Notes under the pieces: model-generated | What the model was told of the DNA's origin: nothing | What the model saw: the letters and a program-made list of their open reading frames with translations, nothing else | Database searches by the model: none | Program-made: the position numbers and the translations under genes | Part shown: positions 1 to 9,524 of the stretch, one piece after another | Layout: each line of letters begins with the position of its first letter | How positions within the stretch are numbered: the stretch's first letter is position 1 | DNA from: an uncultured delta proteobacterium | GTDB lineage: Bacteria; Desulfobacterota; Binatia; UBA9968 | NCBI GenBank assembly: GCA_963816145.1 | Contig: CAWFJP010000002.1 | Span: forward strand, 128,001-192,000 | Direction of reading: 5' to 3' | DNA: 64,000 nucleotides

Positions 1-161
1 TAATCGCCGCCGCCATGGCGCCGCTCGCGCTTTGGATCTTCTTTCAGCCCCCTGCGATCGTTTCGATGGGCGCCTTTCTCGCCGCGATGATCGTCTGGCG
101 TCATCGCGGCAATATTCAGCGGTTGTTGGCCGGCACTGAGCCGCGTTTCGGCGCGCGCTAG
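1..161 (+). CDS. plsY: Glycerol-3-phosphate acyltransferase PlsY, C-terminal fragment (partial at window edge)
   Basis: Manual translation from position 3 gives ...AAMIVWRHRGNIQRLLAGTEPRFGAR*, matching the PlsY C-terminal RHxxNIxRLLxGxE motif; TAG at 159-161. Confidence 0.85.
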   Translation, partial: IAAAMAPLALWIFFQPPAIVSMGAFLAAMIVWRHRGNIQRLLAGTEPRFGAR

Positions 162-865
162 TTCTCGATAATCACTTCGACCCGGCGATTCTGTTGGCGC
201 CCGCTCTCGGTGTCGTTGCTCGCTACCGGGGCGCGGGTGCCGAGTCCCTGAGATGAGATGTTTTTGCCATTGACGCCGTTTCTTTCCAAGGCGTCAGCGA
301 CAGTGTTGGCGCGCCGTTCGGATAAGCGCTGGTTATAAGCTTCCGCGGCAGCGCTCTCCCGGCTGGCATGGCCTTCGACGGTAATCCGGCGGTTGGGTGC
401 ATCGCGTTTTATGATACTGGAGATCTGATTGACCCGGTCTCGGCCGTCGCGTGAGAGATCGGCGCTGTCAAATTCGAAGTTGACACTAGGCAAGTTGACC
501 ATGACGCCGCGGCTGGTTTCTTTCGCCTCGATATTTTGCTTGCGCAATTCTTCGATGAGAGCGCGGTTTTTCTCAAGCTCGGCGCGCTGTTGGTCGATGG
601 CTTTCTGCTGTTCTTTCTGGCGATTTTCCTGGCCCTGGAGTTGATCCCCGATTAGGGCGCCGGCGCCTAAGCCCAAAGCACCGCCGACAGCCGCGCCGAT
701 TCCTGGATGGCCGGTTGCAGCGCCAATCAAGCCGCCTGCGGCGGCGCCGCCCAATGCGCCGATGCCGGCGCCTTTTTCACGCGTGGTGATTTCGCCGCCG
801 GCGCAGCCTGATAAGACTGCGGCGATCAATAGTGTACTGACGGATAGTCGATTGGTGTTTCTCAT
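158..865 (-). CDS. OmpA-family lipoprotein with glycine zipper (YiaD-like)
   Basis: Lipobox LSGC, glycine zipper, coiled coil, then OmpA C-terminal domain (FEFDS, VEGH, YNQRLSERRA, NRRVEV). Confidence 0.92.
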   Translation of the reverse strand: MRNTNRLSVSTLLIAAVLSGCAGGEITTREKGAGIGALGGAAAGGLIGAATGHPGIGAAVGGALGLGAGALIGDQLQGQENRQKEQQKAIDQQRAELEKNRALIEELRKQNIEAKETSRGVMVNLPSVNFEFDSADLSRDGRDRVNQISSIIKRDAPNRRITVEGHASRESAAAEAYNQRLSERRANTVADALERNGVNGKNISSQGLGTRAPVASNDTESGRQQNRRVEVIIEN

Positions 866-989
866 AATTCCTCCTCGGCCTTCGCTCCCAGGACCTTAGC
901 CGTCTATGGTTAGACGTACATTAACGATAAATGGAACATCCGCAATTGGTTAATTCCCGGATTGTCCTCGATAGACGCTTTGGCGCTAA

Positions 990-1327
990 TCAGTATTCGC
1001 CCTGACGGCGGCACTTTTCGATTTCTCGCCTTTGCCGTTCGATTTCGGCTTGGTTGCTATCGATCTGGCGCTGCTGATCGGATTGCCTAATCTCCTCGCC
1101 TTGGAGTTGATCGCCGACCAGGACGCCAGCGCCTAAGCCCAAAGCGCCGCCGACAGCCTCGCCCACTCCAGGATGGCCGACAGCCGCGCCAATCAAGCCG
1201 CCTGATGGGCGCCGCCCAATGCGCCGATACCGGCGCCTTTTTCGCGCGTCGTGAGGTTGCCGCCGGCGCGGCCGGAGACTGAACTCAGCGCCAGGACGGC
1301 GACCAACGATGTGCGAGCTAGTTTCAT
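990..1327 (-). pseudogene. Frameshifted glycine-zipper lipoprotein, paralog of the N-terminal half of the neighbouring OmpA protein
   Basis: Two ORFs (MKLART...TTREKGAGIGALGGA / IGAAVGHPGVG...GDQLQG) match 158..865; frameshift near 1205; lipobox Cys replaced by Arg (VSGR). Confidence 0.75.
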
Positions 1328-1483
1328 TGAGACTCCTGGAGAGATAACATTACGAGGCAGCAAGTGCTTGTAAATATTATCAAACACGTGCGAATGCAGC
1401 AAGGAACAAGTATTGATTTGTTGTGATCTTGGTTTAATCGACGGAAGTTGACAGCGAGTTTCACGGCACGAGAGATGATATTA

Positions 1484-1513
1484 TTGACATCGTGGACCTT
1501 ATAAGTCTATAGT
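1484..1513 (+). promoter_or_regulatory. Sigma70-type promoter for the mrp operon
   Basis: TTGACA (1484-1489), 18 nt spacer, TATAGT (1508-1513), just upstream of the GTG at 1537. Confidence 0.6.
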
Positions 1514-1536
1514 TCATTCGCATCGAGAGGAACCGC

Positions 1537-2640
1537 GTGGAAAATATTTCTCATGAAACAATTATCGAGGCGCTGCACAAGGTCCAAGACCCGGAACTGC
1601 ACCGTGACATCGTCAGTCTCGGAATGGTCAAGGATCTGGGCATCGACAACGGCCGGGTACGCTTTACCGTAGAACTCACTACCCCGGCCTGTCCGTTGCG
1701 CGAAACCATTGAGACCGACTGCAGGAAGGCATTGAGCACGATCCCCGGCATCACGGGCCTGGAGATCAACTTCGGGGCACAGGTGCGCGGCAGTAAGGCC
1801 GGCGCGGGGCAAACCGACCTTCTGCCGACGGTCAAAAATGTCGTGCTGGTTGCGGCGGGAAAAGGCGGCGTCGGCAAATCGACGGTGGCGGCGAACCTGG
1901 CGGTGGCTCTCAAAATGCTCGGTGCCAAGGCTGGCTTGCTCGACGCCGATATTTACGGGCCATCGGTGCCGATCATTATGGGCGTTAAGGGCGAGCCGAA
2001 AAAAATCGAAGTCGGAGGTGTGCAAAAGATCGAACCGACCATGGCCCACGGCGTGCCGGTAATGTCCATCGGCTTTTTCCTCGACGCCGATCAGGCGGTG
2101 ATCTGGCGCGGACCGATGCTCGGTAAAGCGCTGCACCAACTAATGGGCGATGTGCACTGGGGCGAGTTGGACTATCTCATCGTCGATATGCCGCCGGGCA
2201 CCGGTGATGTGCAAATTACTTTTTCGCAACAGTTAAAGGTGAGTGGGGCGGTGTTGGTCGCGACGCCACAGTATGTCGCTTTAGCCGACGTGGTGCGGGC
2301 CAAATCGATGTTCGACAAGGTGATGATCCCGATTGTTGGCTTGATCGAAAACATGAGCTACTTTATCTGCGACGGTTGTAACAAAGAGCATGATATTTTT
2401 TCCCGCGGCGGCGCCAAGCAAGCGGCCGAGCGGTTTAAGATTCCCTTCCTCGGTGAAATTCCGATCACGCCGGCACTGCGCCAAGGCGGCGACGAAGGCG
2501 TGCCGATCTTGATTCAGGATGCCAATTCGCCGGTGAGCAAGAGTTTCTTGGATATCGCCCGCAAGCTGGCCGGACAATTGTCGATCGCCGCCGAACGGGG
2601 CAGCAAGGGCCAAGGGCCAACGATCATTACCACGCATTGA
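1537..2640 (+). CDS. mrp: Mrp/NBP35/ApbC Fe-S cluster carrier ATPase
   Basis: N-terminal DUF59 (DPEL..DIV.LG, TTPACP), GKGGVGKST P-loop, WRGPM, DMPPGTGD, CxxC. Confidence 0.95.
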   Translation: MENISHETIIEALHKVQDPELHRDIVSLGMVKDLGIDNGRVRFTVELTTPACPLRETIETDCRKALSTIPGITGLEINFGAQVRGSKAGAGQTDLLPTVKNVVLVAAGKGGVGKSTVAANLAVALKMLGAKAGLLDADIYGPSVPIIMGVKGEPKKIEVGGVQKIEPTMAHGVPVMSIGFFLDADQAVIWRGPMLGKALHQLMGDVHWGELDYLIVDMPPGTGDVQITFSQQLKVSGAVLVATPQYVALADVVRAKSMFDKVMIPIVGLIENMSYFICDGCNKEHDIFSRGGAKQAAERFKIPFLGEIPITPALRQGGDEGVPILIQDANSPVSKSFLDIARKLAGQLSIAAERGSKGQGPTIITTH

Positions 2641-2679
2641 AACGGATAACTGACGGCATTCGCCGCGAGGAGACCGAAC

Positions 2680-2979
2680 ATGATCACCAAAGAACAAGTT
2701 TACGAAGCCTTACAGGAATGTTACGACCCGGAGATTCCCGTCAATATCGTCGACCTTGGGTTGGTTTATGACGTCGTAGTGATCGACGACAAGGTCGCGG
2801 TCAAGATGACGTTAACCGCGCCCGGCTGCGGCATGGGGGGCATGATCGCTGCCGACGCAAAACAGAAAATCATGGCCCTCGACGGCGTTAGCGATGCCAC
2901 CGTGGACTTGGTCTGGGAGCCGGCGTGGAATCCGAGCATGATCGCTGAAGAAGCCAAGCAGCGGCTCGGTATCGTCTAA
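2680..2979 (+). CDS. DUF59 / SufT-like Fe-S cluster assembly protein
   Basis: DPEIPVNIVDLGLVY, MTLTAPGCG and WEPAW motifs. Confidence 0.92.
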   Translation: MITKEQVYEALQECYDPEIPVNIVDLGLVYDVVVIDDKVAVKMTLTAPGCGMGGMIAADAKQKIMALDGVSDATVDLVWEPAWNPSMIAEEAKQRLGIV

Positions 2980-3018
2980 TTTATCAGGCAAGACTCGAGT
3001 TTTCCGCTGACTTTGTTC

Positions 3019-4269
3019 ATGGACGACAAACCGAGAGTTCGCGCCATCGAAGCTTTTCCCGTCCAACAAGATGGGAAAAGCCTCATCTATCTTAAAGATC
3101 CGCTCAACTTCGCCACACCGCTCGGTATTTCACCGGTTGGTTATTTTCTTCTGGCCCATTTCGACGGCCGCCATGATTACGGCGATCTTAGAGAAATTTT
3201 CGCGCAACGGTTTCGCGCGCCGTTGGCGCGGGGCGAGTTCGATCAATTCGTCGAGATGCTCGATCAACACTATTATTTGAAAAGCGAGCGGTTTGAGAAA
3301 TACCAGCAAGCCGTGATCGCTGAGTTTCGCAGCCGGCCTAGCCGCGCGCCGGCCCATGTCGGCGGCGGTTACAAGAACGATCCGGCCGACTTGACGGCAC
3401 AGCTCGATAGCTATTTTAGCACGGACAAAGGTCCTGGGTTGCCGTCGACTGCGAATACTGCCGCGACGCCGAAAGCGATCGTCGCACCGCACATTGATTT
3501 TCACCGCGGCGGCCCGGCTTACGCGTGGGCGTATAAACCGCTGGCGGAAAGCGCCGGCGCCGATCTCTACGTTATCCTTGGCACGTCGCACTGCGGCGGA
3601 CAGACGCCGTACATTCTCACCCGTAAAAGTTTTGAAACCCCTCTGGGTTTGGTCGAAACCGATGGTGAATTCGTCGAGAAATTGCAATCACATTGCGCCG
3701 AGGACTGTTTCGCCGACGAGTATCTCCATCGCGGCGAGCATTCCATCGAGTTTCAGGTGTTGTTTCTAAAATACATCGCGCAAAAACGCGCGGCGCTCAC
3801 CGGCGGACCGGAGAAGCCGTTTAAGATCGTGCCGATCTTGGTTTCGTCATTCCATGCGATGATGGTAAGTCAGACACTGCCGGAGCAAACCGCCGCGGTG
3901 GGTAATTTCTTGAGAACGCTGCGTCAGTTGGCGCAACAAGATGCGCGGCAAATCTGCTTCGTCGCCGGGGTCGATCTTGCCCATGTCGGCAAACAGTTCG
4001 GCGACGAAGAGCCGGTCAATGACGATTTTCTGAAATGGGTCGAAGCGGAAGATCGCCAACTGGTCGAACGCTTGGCGCGGCTCGATGCGCCGGGATTTTT
4101 CAATGAGATCGCCAAAGACGAGGACAAGCGCAAGATCTGCGGCTTCTCGCCGCTCTATTCACTGATTCATTTGCTCGACGGCGCGCGCGGCAATCATCTC
4201 CACTACGGTCAAGCATTCACGCCGGAGACCGGTTCGGCGGTGACGTTTACGAGTTTGATCTTCGAGTGA
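3019..4269 (+). CDS. MEMO1-family protein (AmmeMemoRadiSam protein B) with about 110-aa N-terminal extension
   Basis: APHID, GTSH, EHSIEFQ, DLAHVG and ICG motifs of the MEMO family; start placed at ATG 3019. Confidence 0.88.
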   Translation: MDDKPRVRAIEAFPVQQDGKSLIYLKDPLNFATPLGISPVGYFLLAHFDGRHDYGDLREIFAQRFRAPLARGEFDQFVEMLDQHYYLKSERFEKYQQAVIAEFRSRPSRAPAHVGGGYKNDPADLTAQLDSYFSTDKGPGLPSTANTAATPKAIVAPHIDFHRGGPAYAWAYKPLAESAGADLYVILGTSHCGGQTPYILTRKSFETPLGLVETDGEFVEKLQSHCAEDCFADEYLHRGEHSIEFQVLFLKYIAQKRAALTGGPEKPFKIVPILVSSFHAMMVSQTLPEQTAAVGNFLRTLRQLAQQDARQICFVAGVDLAHVGKQFGDEEPVNDDFLKWVEAEDRQLVERLARLDAPGFFNEIAKDEDKRKICGFSPLYSLIHLLDGARGNHLHYGQAFTPETGSAVTFTSLIFE

Positions 4270-4510
4270 GATAACGAGATAGAGTCTTGAGATAGAGACA
4301 GAGATTTCCGATCACTGGCTTTTGTCTATCGCGAGTTTCTATGAGTCTTTTTTTTGCAGCCGCGCAAATGAAAGAGCGAGGTGTCGAGGCCTCTCAGGAA
4401 TTGCCCTTACGGCTGATTCGACACGGATCTGCAAACCGATGGGCATTGCGGAGATGTACCGATTTGACTGAGTTTCGGAATCTCAAATCTCTGTCTCTCG
4501 TCTCTATCTC
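4268..4510. repeat. Inverted micro-repeat arms (GAGAYA-type units) between convergent genes
   Basis: gagatagagacagagatttccg (about 4289-4310) pairs with cggaatctcaaatctctgtctctcgtctctatctc (4476-4510). Confidence 0.7.
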
Positions 4511-4511
4511 C

Positions 4512-5270
4512 TCAATGCATATTCATGCCGCCGTCAACGACGATGGACTGGCCGGTCATGAAGTCGCTGTCGTCGGAGGCGAGGAAGATCACCGTGCCGA
4601 CCAGATCCTGCGGGTATTGATCCCGTTGAAGGGCGCGGCGTTTCCTGCGGTCGGCGAGTTGTTCTGGACTCGTCACGCCTTCTTGGTTTGGGCTTGAGAT
4701 CGTCAGGCCGGGCATAATGGAGTTGACGCAGATATTGTCGCCGCCGACTTCGCGCGCGAGGGCGCGAGTGAAGCTCAAGACGCCGCCTTTGGAAGATACA
4801 TAATGCAGGAAAAACGGCGTGCCGGTCTGGGTCGTGCCCGACGAGATGTTGATAATCTTGCCTTTTTGCTGCTGCTTCATCGCCGGGTACACCGCTTTGA
4901 CGCAGAGAAACAGTCCTTTGACATTGACCGCCATGACGCGGTCCCATTCGTCGGTGTCGATTTCCATAAAGGCTTTTTTCTTGAGTGCAGAGTATAGACC
5001 GGCGTTGTTCACTAGGATGTCGATGCGGCCATAAGCTTTAAGCGCTGCCGCTGCCATCGCTTGGGTTTTCTCCGCCGAGGTCACGTCGACCGCCACAGCG
5101 ATCGCTTCGCCGCCGGCCGCTTTGATATCAGCAGCCACTTTTTGCGCTTCGGCCTCTTGAATATCGGCGACCACGACCTTCGCACCTTCTTTAGCGAGGC
5201 CGTGGGCGTAAGCTTTGCCGATACCGACCCCGCCGCCGGTGACGATGGCTACCTTATTTTGTAATCGCAT
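4512..5270 (-). CDS. Short-chain dehydrogenase/reductase
   Basis: TGGGVGIG, NNAG, YVSSK; ATG at 5270 preceded by AAGGAGG. Confidence 0.93.
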   Translation of the reverse strand: MRLQNKVAIVTGGGVGIGKAYAHGLAKEGAKVVVADIQEAEAQKVAADIKAAGGEAIAVAVDVTSAEKTQAMAAAALKAYGRIDILVNNAGLYSALKKKAFMEIDTDEWDRVMAVNVKGLFLCVKAVYPAMKQQQKGKIINISSGTTQTGTPFFLHYVSSKGGVLSFTRALAREVGGDNICVNSIMPGLTISSPNQEGVTSPEQLADRRKRRALQRDQYPQDLVGTVIFLASDDSDFMTGQSIVVDGGMNMH

Positions 5271-5300
5271 GGTGGCCTCCTTAAAATTCATTAAGAAATG

Positions 5301-5370
5301 TTTCACGCAAAGGCGCAAAGTTCGGAATCTAATCTTCTAACCTTAGCGTCTTCGCGCCTTTGCGAGAGAT
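5301..5370. repeat. Palindromic element with 9-nt units (CGCAAAGG-type)
   Basis: tttcacgcaaaggcgcaaag ... cttagcgtcttcgcgcctttgcgagag; related arms at about 46317-46348 and 58626-58735. Confidence 0.7.
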
Positions 5371-5383
5371 ACTCTTCTATTCT

Positions 5384-6424
5384 TCAAATCTTCAGCCGGT
5401 AAAAATCTACTGGATTGTCGTGCAATATCGCTTTTTTGTTTTCTTCGCTGATGTCGTCGCGTTCGAGAAATTCCGGGATATCGCGTTTGAACATGTCGGG
5501 CAGCCGCTCGTGCGGGTAGTCGGACGGCCACATGAGGCATTTTGGATTGAACTGCTGGATGACGAAAGGCAGGGCTTTTTCTTCGACTTCGCAGCTCGTC
5601 CAGATCTGGCCGTTGCGGATCAGCTCGCTCGGTTTTTGCTTCAACAGCGGCGCTTGGACGCGGTAGGGTTTTTCCATTTCCTCGTCCATGCGGTCCATCA
5701 TGTAGGGCAGCCAGCCGCAGCCGGCTTCGAGGAACGCTACACGCAATTTGGGAAAACGCACGAAGACGCCCTCGAAAACCATGTTGGTAAATTGGATCAG
5801 AATCGCAAACGGATGTTCGAGGGTATGCACTTGCAGAAACTTGTTAAAAAAATCGAAGCCCATGCCGCGGCTGGGCGCGCCGTGGATGGTCAGCGGCATA
5901 TCTAAGCGTTCCGCCGCTTCATAAATTGGATCGAAGTCGCTGTGGCCGTAGCCTTTATGCAGCGAGGTCACCGCCGGCAGTAAACCGGCGACATGGCCCA
6001 GTGATTTGGCGCGCTCCAGTTCCTTTGCTGCCTCGAGAGGTTCATGCACGGGTAGCAGCGCCACGCCTTTGAGACGGGGACTTACGTTGATGAAGCGATC
6101 GGCGAGCCAGGAGTTGTAGGCGCGCGCGAGCACACAGGACCACTCAGGGTTCTGCACCAAGCCCAAACCTAATCCGCCGGTCGGATAAAGCACGGTGGTG
6201 TGGACGCCCAACTCGTCGAGAAACTGCAACCAGCGCGTTGCCGGGGTTTCCGGATCTTTGCCGGGAACACCCGTACCGCGATTCCAGCCGTCTAGCGATG
6301 GAAAATAAGCGTAGGTTTCAAAGCGCGGCGCGCTGCTGTAGCGGCCGCCGAGATAGTCGTGCAGCTCTCGGTCTTTCTCCAAGACATGACCGTCAGCGTC
6401 GATGATCGGATAAGCGAGGTTCAT
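5384..6424 (-). CDS. Amidohydrolase_2 family (metal-dependent decarboxylase/hydratase-like)
   Basis: IIDADGH, AYNSWL, LEAGCGW, SDYPH. Confidence 0.9.
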   Translation of the reverse strand: MNLAYPIIDADGHVLEKDRELHDYLGGRYSSAPRFETYAYFPSLDGWNRGTGVPGKDPETPATRWLQFLDELGVHTTVLYPTGGLGLGLVQNPEWSCVLARAYNSWLADRFINVSPRLKGVALLPVHEPLEAAKELERAKSLGHVAGLLPAVTSLHKGYGHSDFDPIYEAAERLDMPLTIHGAPSRGMGFDFFNKFLQVHTLEHPFAILIQFTNMVFEGVFVRFPKLRVAFLEAGCGWLPYMMDRMDEEMEKPYRVQAPLLKQKPSELIRNGQIWTSCEVEEKALPFVIQQFNPKCLMWPSDYPHERLPDMFKRDIPEFLERDDISEENKKAILHDNPVDFYRLKI

Positions 6425-6478
6425 AAAATCTCCGTTGCAAAAGTTCCAGTCGTTCCAAAGGTTCCAATCGTAGCTGCA

Positions 6479-7237
6479 TTACAGAAAGGATATACCACCG
6501 TCGACGTTGACGGTTTGCCCAGTCATAAAATCGCTCAGCGGCGAGGCTAGGAACAGCATGGCTCCGACGACGTCTTGCGGGACTTGGACGCGCTTGAGCG
6601 CGCGCAGGCCGGCGGAAGATTCGCGCAGGCGAACGGTTTCTTGGCTAGGATTCTCTTCCGAGAGCGTATTGCCAGGGGCCAAGCAGTTGACGTTGATGTT
6701 ATCGCCGCCGACTTCGCGCGCCAAGGTGCGCGTGAAACCGATGGTGGCGGTTTTTGACGTGACATAATGAATACGCCCCGGACTGCCGGCAAACACCGTG
6801 CCCGAGGCGATATTGATGATCTTGCCGGAATGCTGCACGCGCATGGCCGGCAGCACGGCGCGGCAGCAGAAAAATAAGCCGCGCAGATTCACCGCCATGA
6901 GCTTATCCCATTCCGCCGGATCGATGGTTTCAATCCTGCCGCGGTTCATCGGCACGACGGAAAATACCGCAGCGTTGTTGATGAGAACATCGATGCGGCC
7001 GAAACGATCGAGAACCTGCGCGGCCATTTTCTTGGTCGCGTCTTCATTCGACACATCGACTTGGACGGGAAGCGCTTGGGCGCCGATTTCGTTGGCCGCC
7101 GCTTGGGCGCCTGAGTTGTCGATGTCGGCGATGACGACGCGCGCGCCGGCATCGCCGAAGCCTTTACAGTAGGCTTTGCCGATGCCATGGGCGCCGCCGG
7201 TGACGATAACGACTTTGTCTTTCAGTCCTGCGATCAT
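6479..7237 (-). CDS. Short-chain dehydrogenase/reductase
   Basis: TGGAHGIG, NNAA, YVTSK; start placed at MIAGLKDK (7237). Confidence 0.92.
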   Translation of the reverse strand: MIAGLKDKVVIVTGGAHGIGKAYCKGFGDAGARVVIADIDNSGAQAAANEIGAQALPVQVDVSNEDATKKMAAQVLDRFGRIDVLINNAAVFSVVPMNRGRIETIDPAEWDKLMAVNLRGLFFCCRAVLPAMRVQHSGKIINIASGTVFAGSPGRIHYVTSKTATIGFTRTLAREVGGDNINVNCLAPGNTLSEENPSQETVRLRESSAGLRALKRVQVPQDVVGAMLFLASPLSDFMTGQTVNVDGGISFL

Positions 7238-7248
7238 GGAAACAAGTA

Positions 7249-7324
7249 CATGGAGTGTTGGAGTCATCGAGCGATGGGTCGGGAGGCCCAATACGTCAAC
7301 ACTCCGGTACTCCATCACTCCATG
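7249..7324. repeat. Inverted micro-repeat hairpin (TGGAGT/ACTCCA, about 8-nt units)
   Basis: catggagtgttggagtcatcgagcgatggg ... cccaatacgtcaacactccggtactccatcactccatg. Confidence 0.75.
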
Positions 7325-7328
7325 GATT

Positions 7329-8423
7329 TTATCCCAGCGCCGGATTGATCAAGGCTTTGGTCGGGAAGGTGCCGGGCACTTCGCCGCCAATCGAGCGGAT
7401 GCAATGCTCGATCTCTTTCAAGGGGAAGATATGGCTGACCATCTGTTCTACCGGGAACTTGGTTTCCTCGATAATCCGCAGCGCGGCTTCGGTGGCGTCG
7501 TTGTCGGCGGTGAAGCAACCTTGCAGTTTGATCTCGTTCCAGACCAGCTTGTCCATCAACATCGGCGTTACGGTGGTGTCGCCGGTCAAGCCGCCGAGCA
7601 CCATGGTCGATTGACGGTGCAGGCAGTCCACCGATTTCAAGATCGCATTTGGATTGCCCGACACGTCGACAACGACATCGCAGAGCTCGCCGTTGGTTTC
7701 CTTGCGGACCACTTCGACGACATCTTCTTCCTCGACGTTGATGACCCGCGTCGCACCGAATTTCTTGGCCAGATCGAGACGCGGCTTGTCGCGGCCGATG
7801 CCGCTGACGAAGATTTTCGCCGCACCGGCATGTTTGGAGGCGAAGGTGCAGGAAAGTCCTTGTTGGCCGGGTCCCTGGATGAGCACATAATCACCCATCT
7901 TCACGCCGCCGCGGCGGATCGCCCACTGAAAGCCGTTGGCCATCACCGAGCCGACCAGCGCCGCCGCTTCAGCGGAAAGGGATTCACCCACTTTGGTGCA
8001 CAGAACGTCGGGTGCCAAGTATAGGTAGTCGGCGAAGCCGCCGAACAGATGAGGCGGTTGGTCGCACTTGGTGCGACCGCCGTAGTTAGTGCGCTGGCGG
8101 CAAAAGCGTTGATTGTTGCGCCGGCAGTCGGCGCAGCGGCCGCAGCCGAGCGCGCCTTTGAGAATGACCCGGTCGCCTTCCTTGACATGGTGAATCGCCG
8201 CGGCGTTCTTGCCGAGCTTTTCGATCCGGCCGAGAATTTCATGGCCGAGGATGATCGGGTAGTCGACCTTGAGTTTGCCGTGCAGATATTTGACATCGGT
8301 GCCGCAGACACCGCCCATTTCAACTTTGATCAATCCGCCATCGGCGGGAATGTCCGGAATCGGATACTCGCGCAGTTCGAGTTTATCGGGACCGAGCAGT
8401 GTAGCGCCTCTTGAGCTTGCCAT
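7329..8423 (-). CDS. Zinc-dependent alcohol dehydrogenase (MDR family)
   Basis: GVCGTD, GHE, structural CGRCADC...C, GPGQQG nucleotide-binding loop. Confidence 0.92.
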   Translation of the reverse strand: MASSRGATLLGPDKLELREYPIPDIPADGGLIKVEMGGVCGTDVKYLHGKLKVDYPIILGHEILGRIEKLGKNAAAIHHVKEGDRVILKGALGCGRCADCRRNNQRFCRQRTNYGGRTKCDQPPHLFGGFADYLYLAPDVLCTKVGESLSAEAAALVGSVMANGFQWAIRRGGVKMGDYVLIQGPGQQGLSCTFASKHAGAAKIFVSGIGRDKPRLDLAKKFGATRVINVEEEDVVEVVRKETNGELCDVVVDVSGNPNAILKSVDCLHRQSTMVLGGLTGDTTVTPMLMDKLVWNEIKLQGCFTADNDATEAALRIIEETKFPVEQMVSHIFPLKEIEHCIRSIGGEVPGTFPTKALINPALG

Positions 8424-8454
8424 GGTTCATCCTCCTTAAGATATGCCGCAAAGA

Positions 8455-9438
8455 CTATTTTACGTTGTATTCGCGCCCCAGCTTGTCGATGAAACCGCTA
8501 TCCTCTATCTCCTTGACGAGCGACATGTCGGCAAAATGTTCGGGATTCTCCTTCAGGACTTTGGGATCCTTCTTGCCCACTTCTTGGATCGGCAATTCAA
8601 AATATTCTTTTGACGGGTAGGGCTTGGTGGGAAAGTCGTATTCACGAAAATTTTCTTCGAGCACTTCACGATCCTGCAGTTTCATGTATTTTGCCAGCAC
8701 CTTGAGGCTGAATTCTTTGTTCGACTTGTAGAGGTGCACGCCTTCGATCATGGCTTTGGTGAAGTTGACCATATCCGCGCGCGACTTGGCGAGGTACGGC
8801 CGGCGAGCGACGAACATCAGACTGGAATACGGAATGTTGAGCTTGGATGCGTCGATCAACAAGGTCAAGCCTAGTTTGCGCGCTTGCAGGGTCATGGGCG
8901 GCGTCAACATGGCTGCGTCCGCGTTGTTGGTCTCCACCGCGACGATGCGGTTTGACTGATTGCCGACCTGCAACAGCGCGATGTCGACGTCCGGCCGCAG
9001 CCCTTCACGTTGAATCAAATATCTTGCCGCAAAATCGGCGTTGCTGCCGAACCGGCTAATGGCGACGCGCTTTACCTCCTTAAGGCTCTTGATGCCTTTT
9101 CTGACGTAGATCCGATTGTCCATGGTATTGCCGAGCCGCCCGAACATGACCAAATCTAGACCCGGCGTCGAAATGACCACCTGCGGCGAGAACATGCCTA
9201 CCTGAGCATCGCCGGAACTCAACGCGGCCGCCGCCGATGCGGCGCCCTGGATAAAAATCAACTGGACGTTGTTGCCATACTTTTCGAAAAGTTTGGCTTC
9301 CTTAGTTACCCATAGGGGGGCGAATTGACCGACTTCGCTAGTCCATACGACGTTGATGTTGGCAGCGGAGGTCGCTGTTGTATGCACGAGAGCGATGACA
9401 AAGACACTCAATTTGACGATTAATCGCATTATAGCCAT
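8455..9438 (-). CDS. ABC-type substrate-binding protein, NMT1/SsuA/TauA-like
   Basis: Signal peptide after MAIMRLIVK (GAGGAG SD upstream), LFEKYG, RFGS, and C-terminal D.S.V.EIEDSGFID motif; the ORF-track start is too far upstream. Confidence 0.85.
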   Translation of the reverse strand: MAIMRLIVKLSVFVIALVHTTATSAANINVVWTSEVGQFAPLWVTKEAKLFEKYGNNVQLIFIQGAASAAAALSSGDAQVGMFSPQVVISTPGLDLVMFGRLGNTMDNRIYVRKGIKSLKEVKRVAISRFGSNADFAARYLIQREGLRPDVDIALLQVGNQSNRIVAVETNNADAAMLTPPMTLQARKLGLTLLIDASKLNIPYSSLMFVARRPYLAKSRADMVNFTKAMIEGVHLYKSNKEFSLKVLAKYMKLQDREVLEENFREYDFPTKPYPSKEYFELPIQEVGKKDPKVLKENPEHFADMSLVKEIEDSGFIDKLGREYNVK

Positions 9439-9524
9439 TGTGATCTCCTCTGAATTGAACTTGACCGGTTTGACCTTTCCCGTATACTTCCGAAGCGCAC
9501 TTATAATCAAGATGGTGGGGACAA

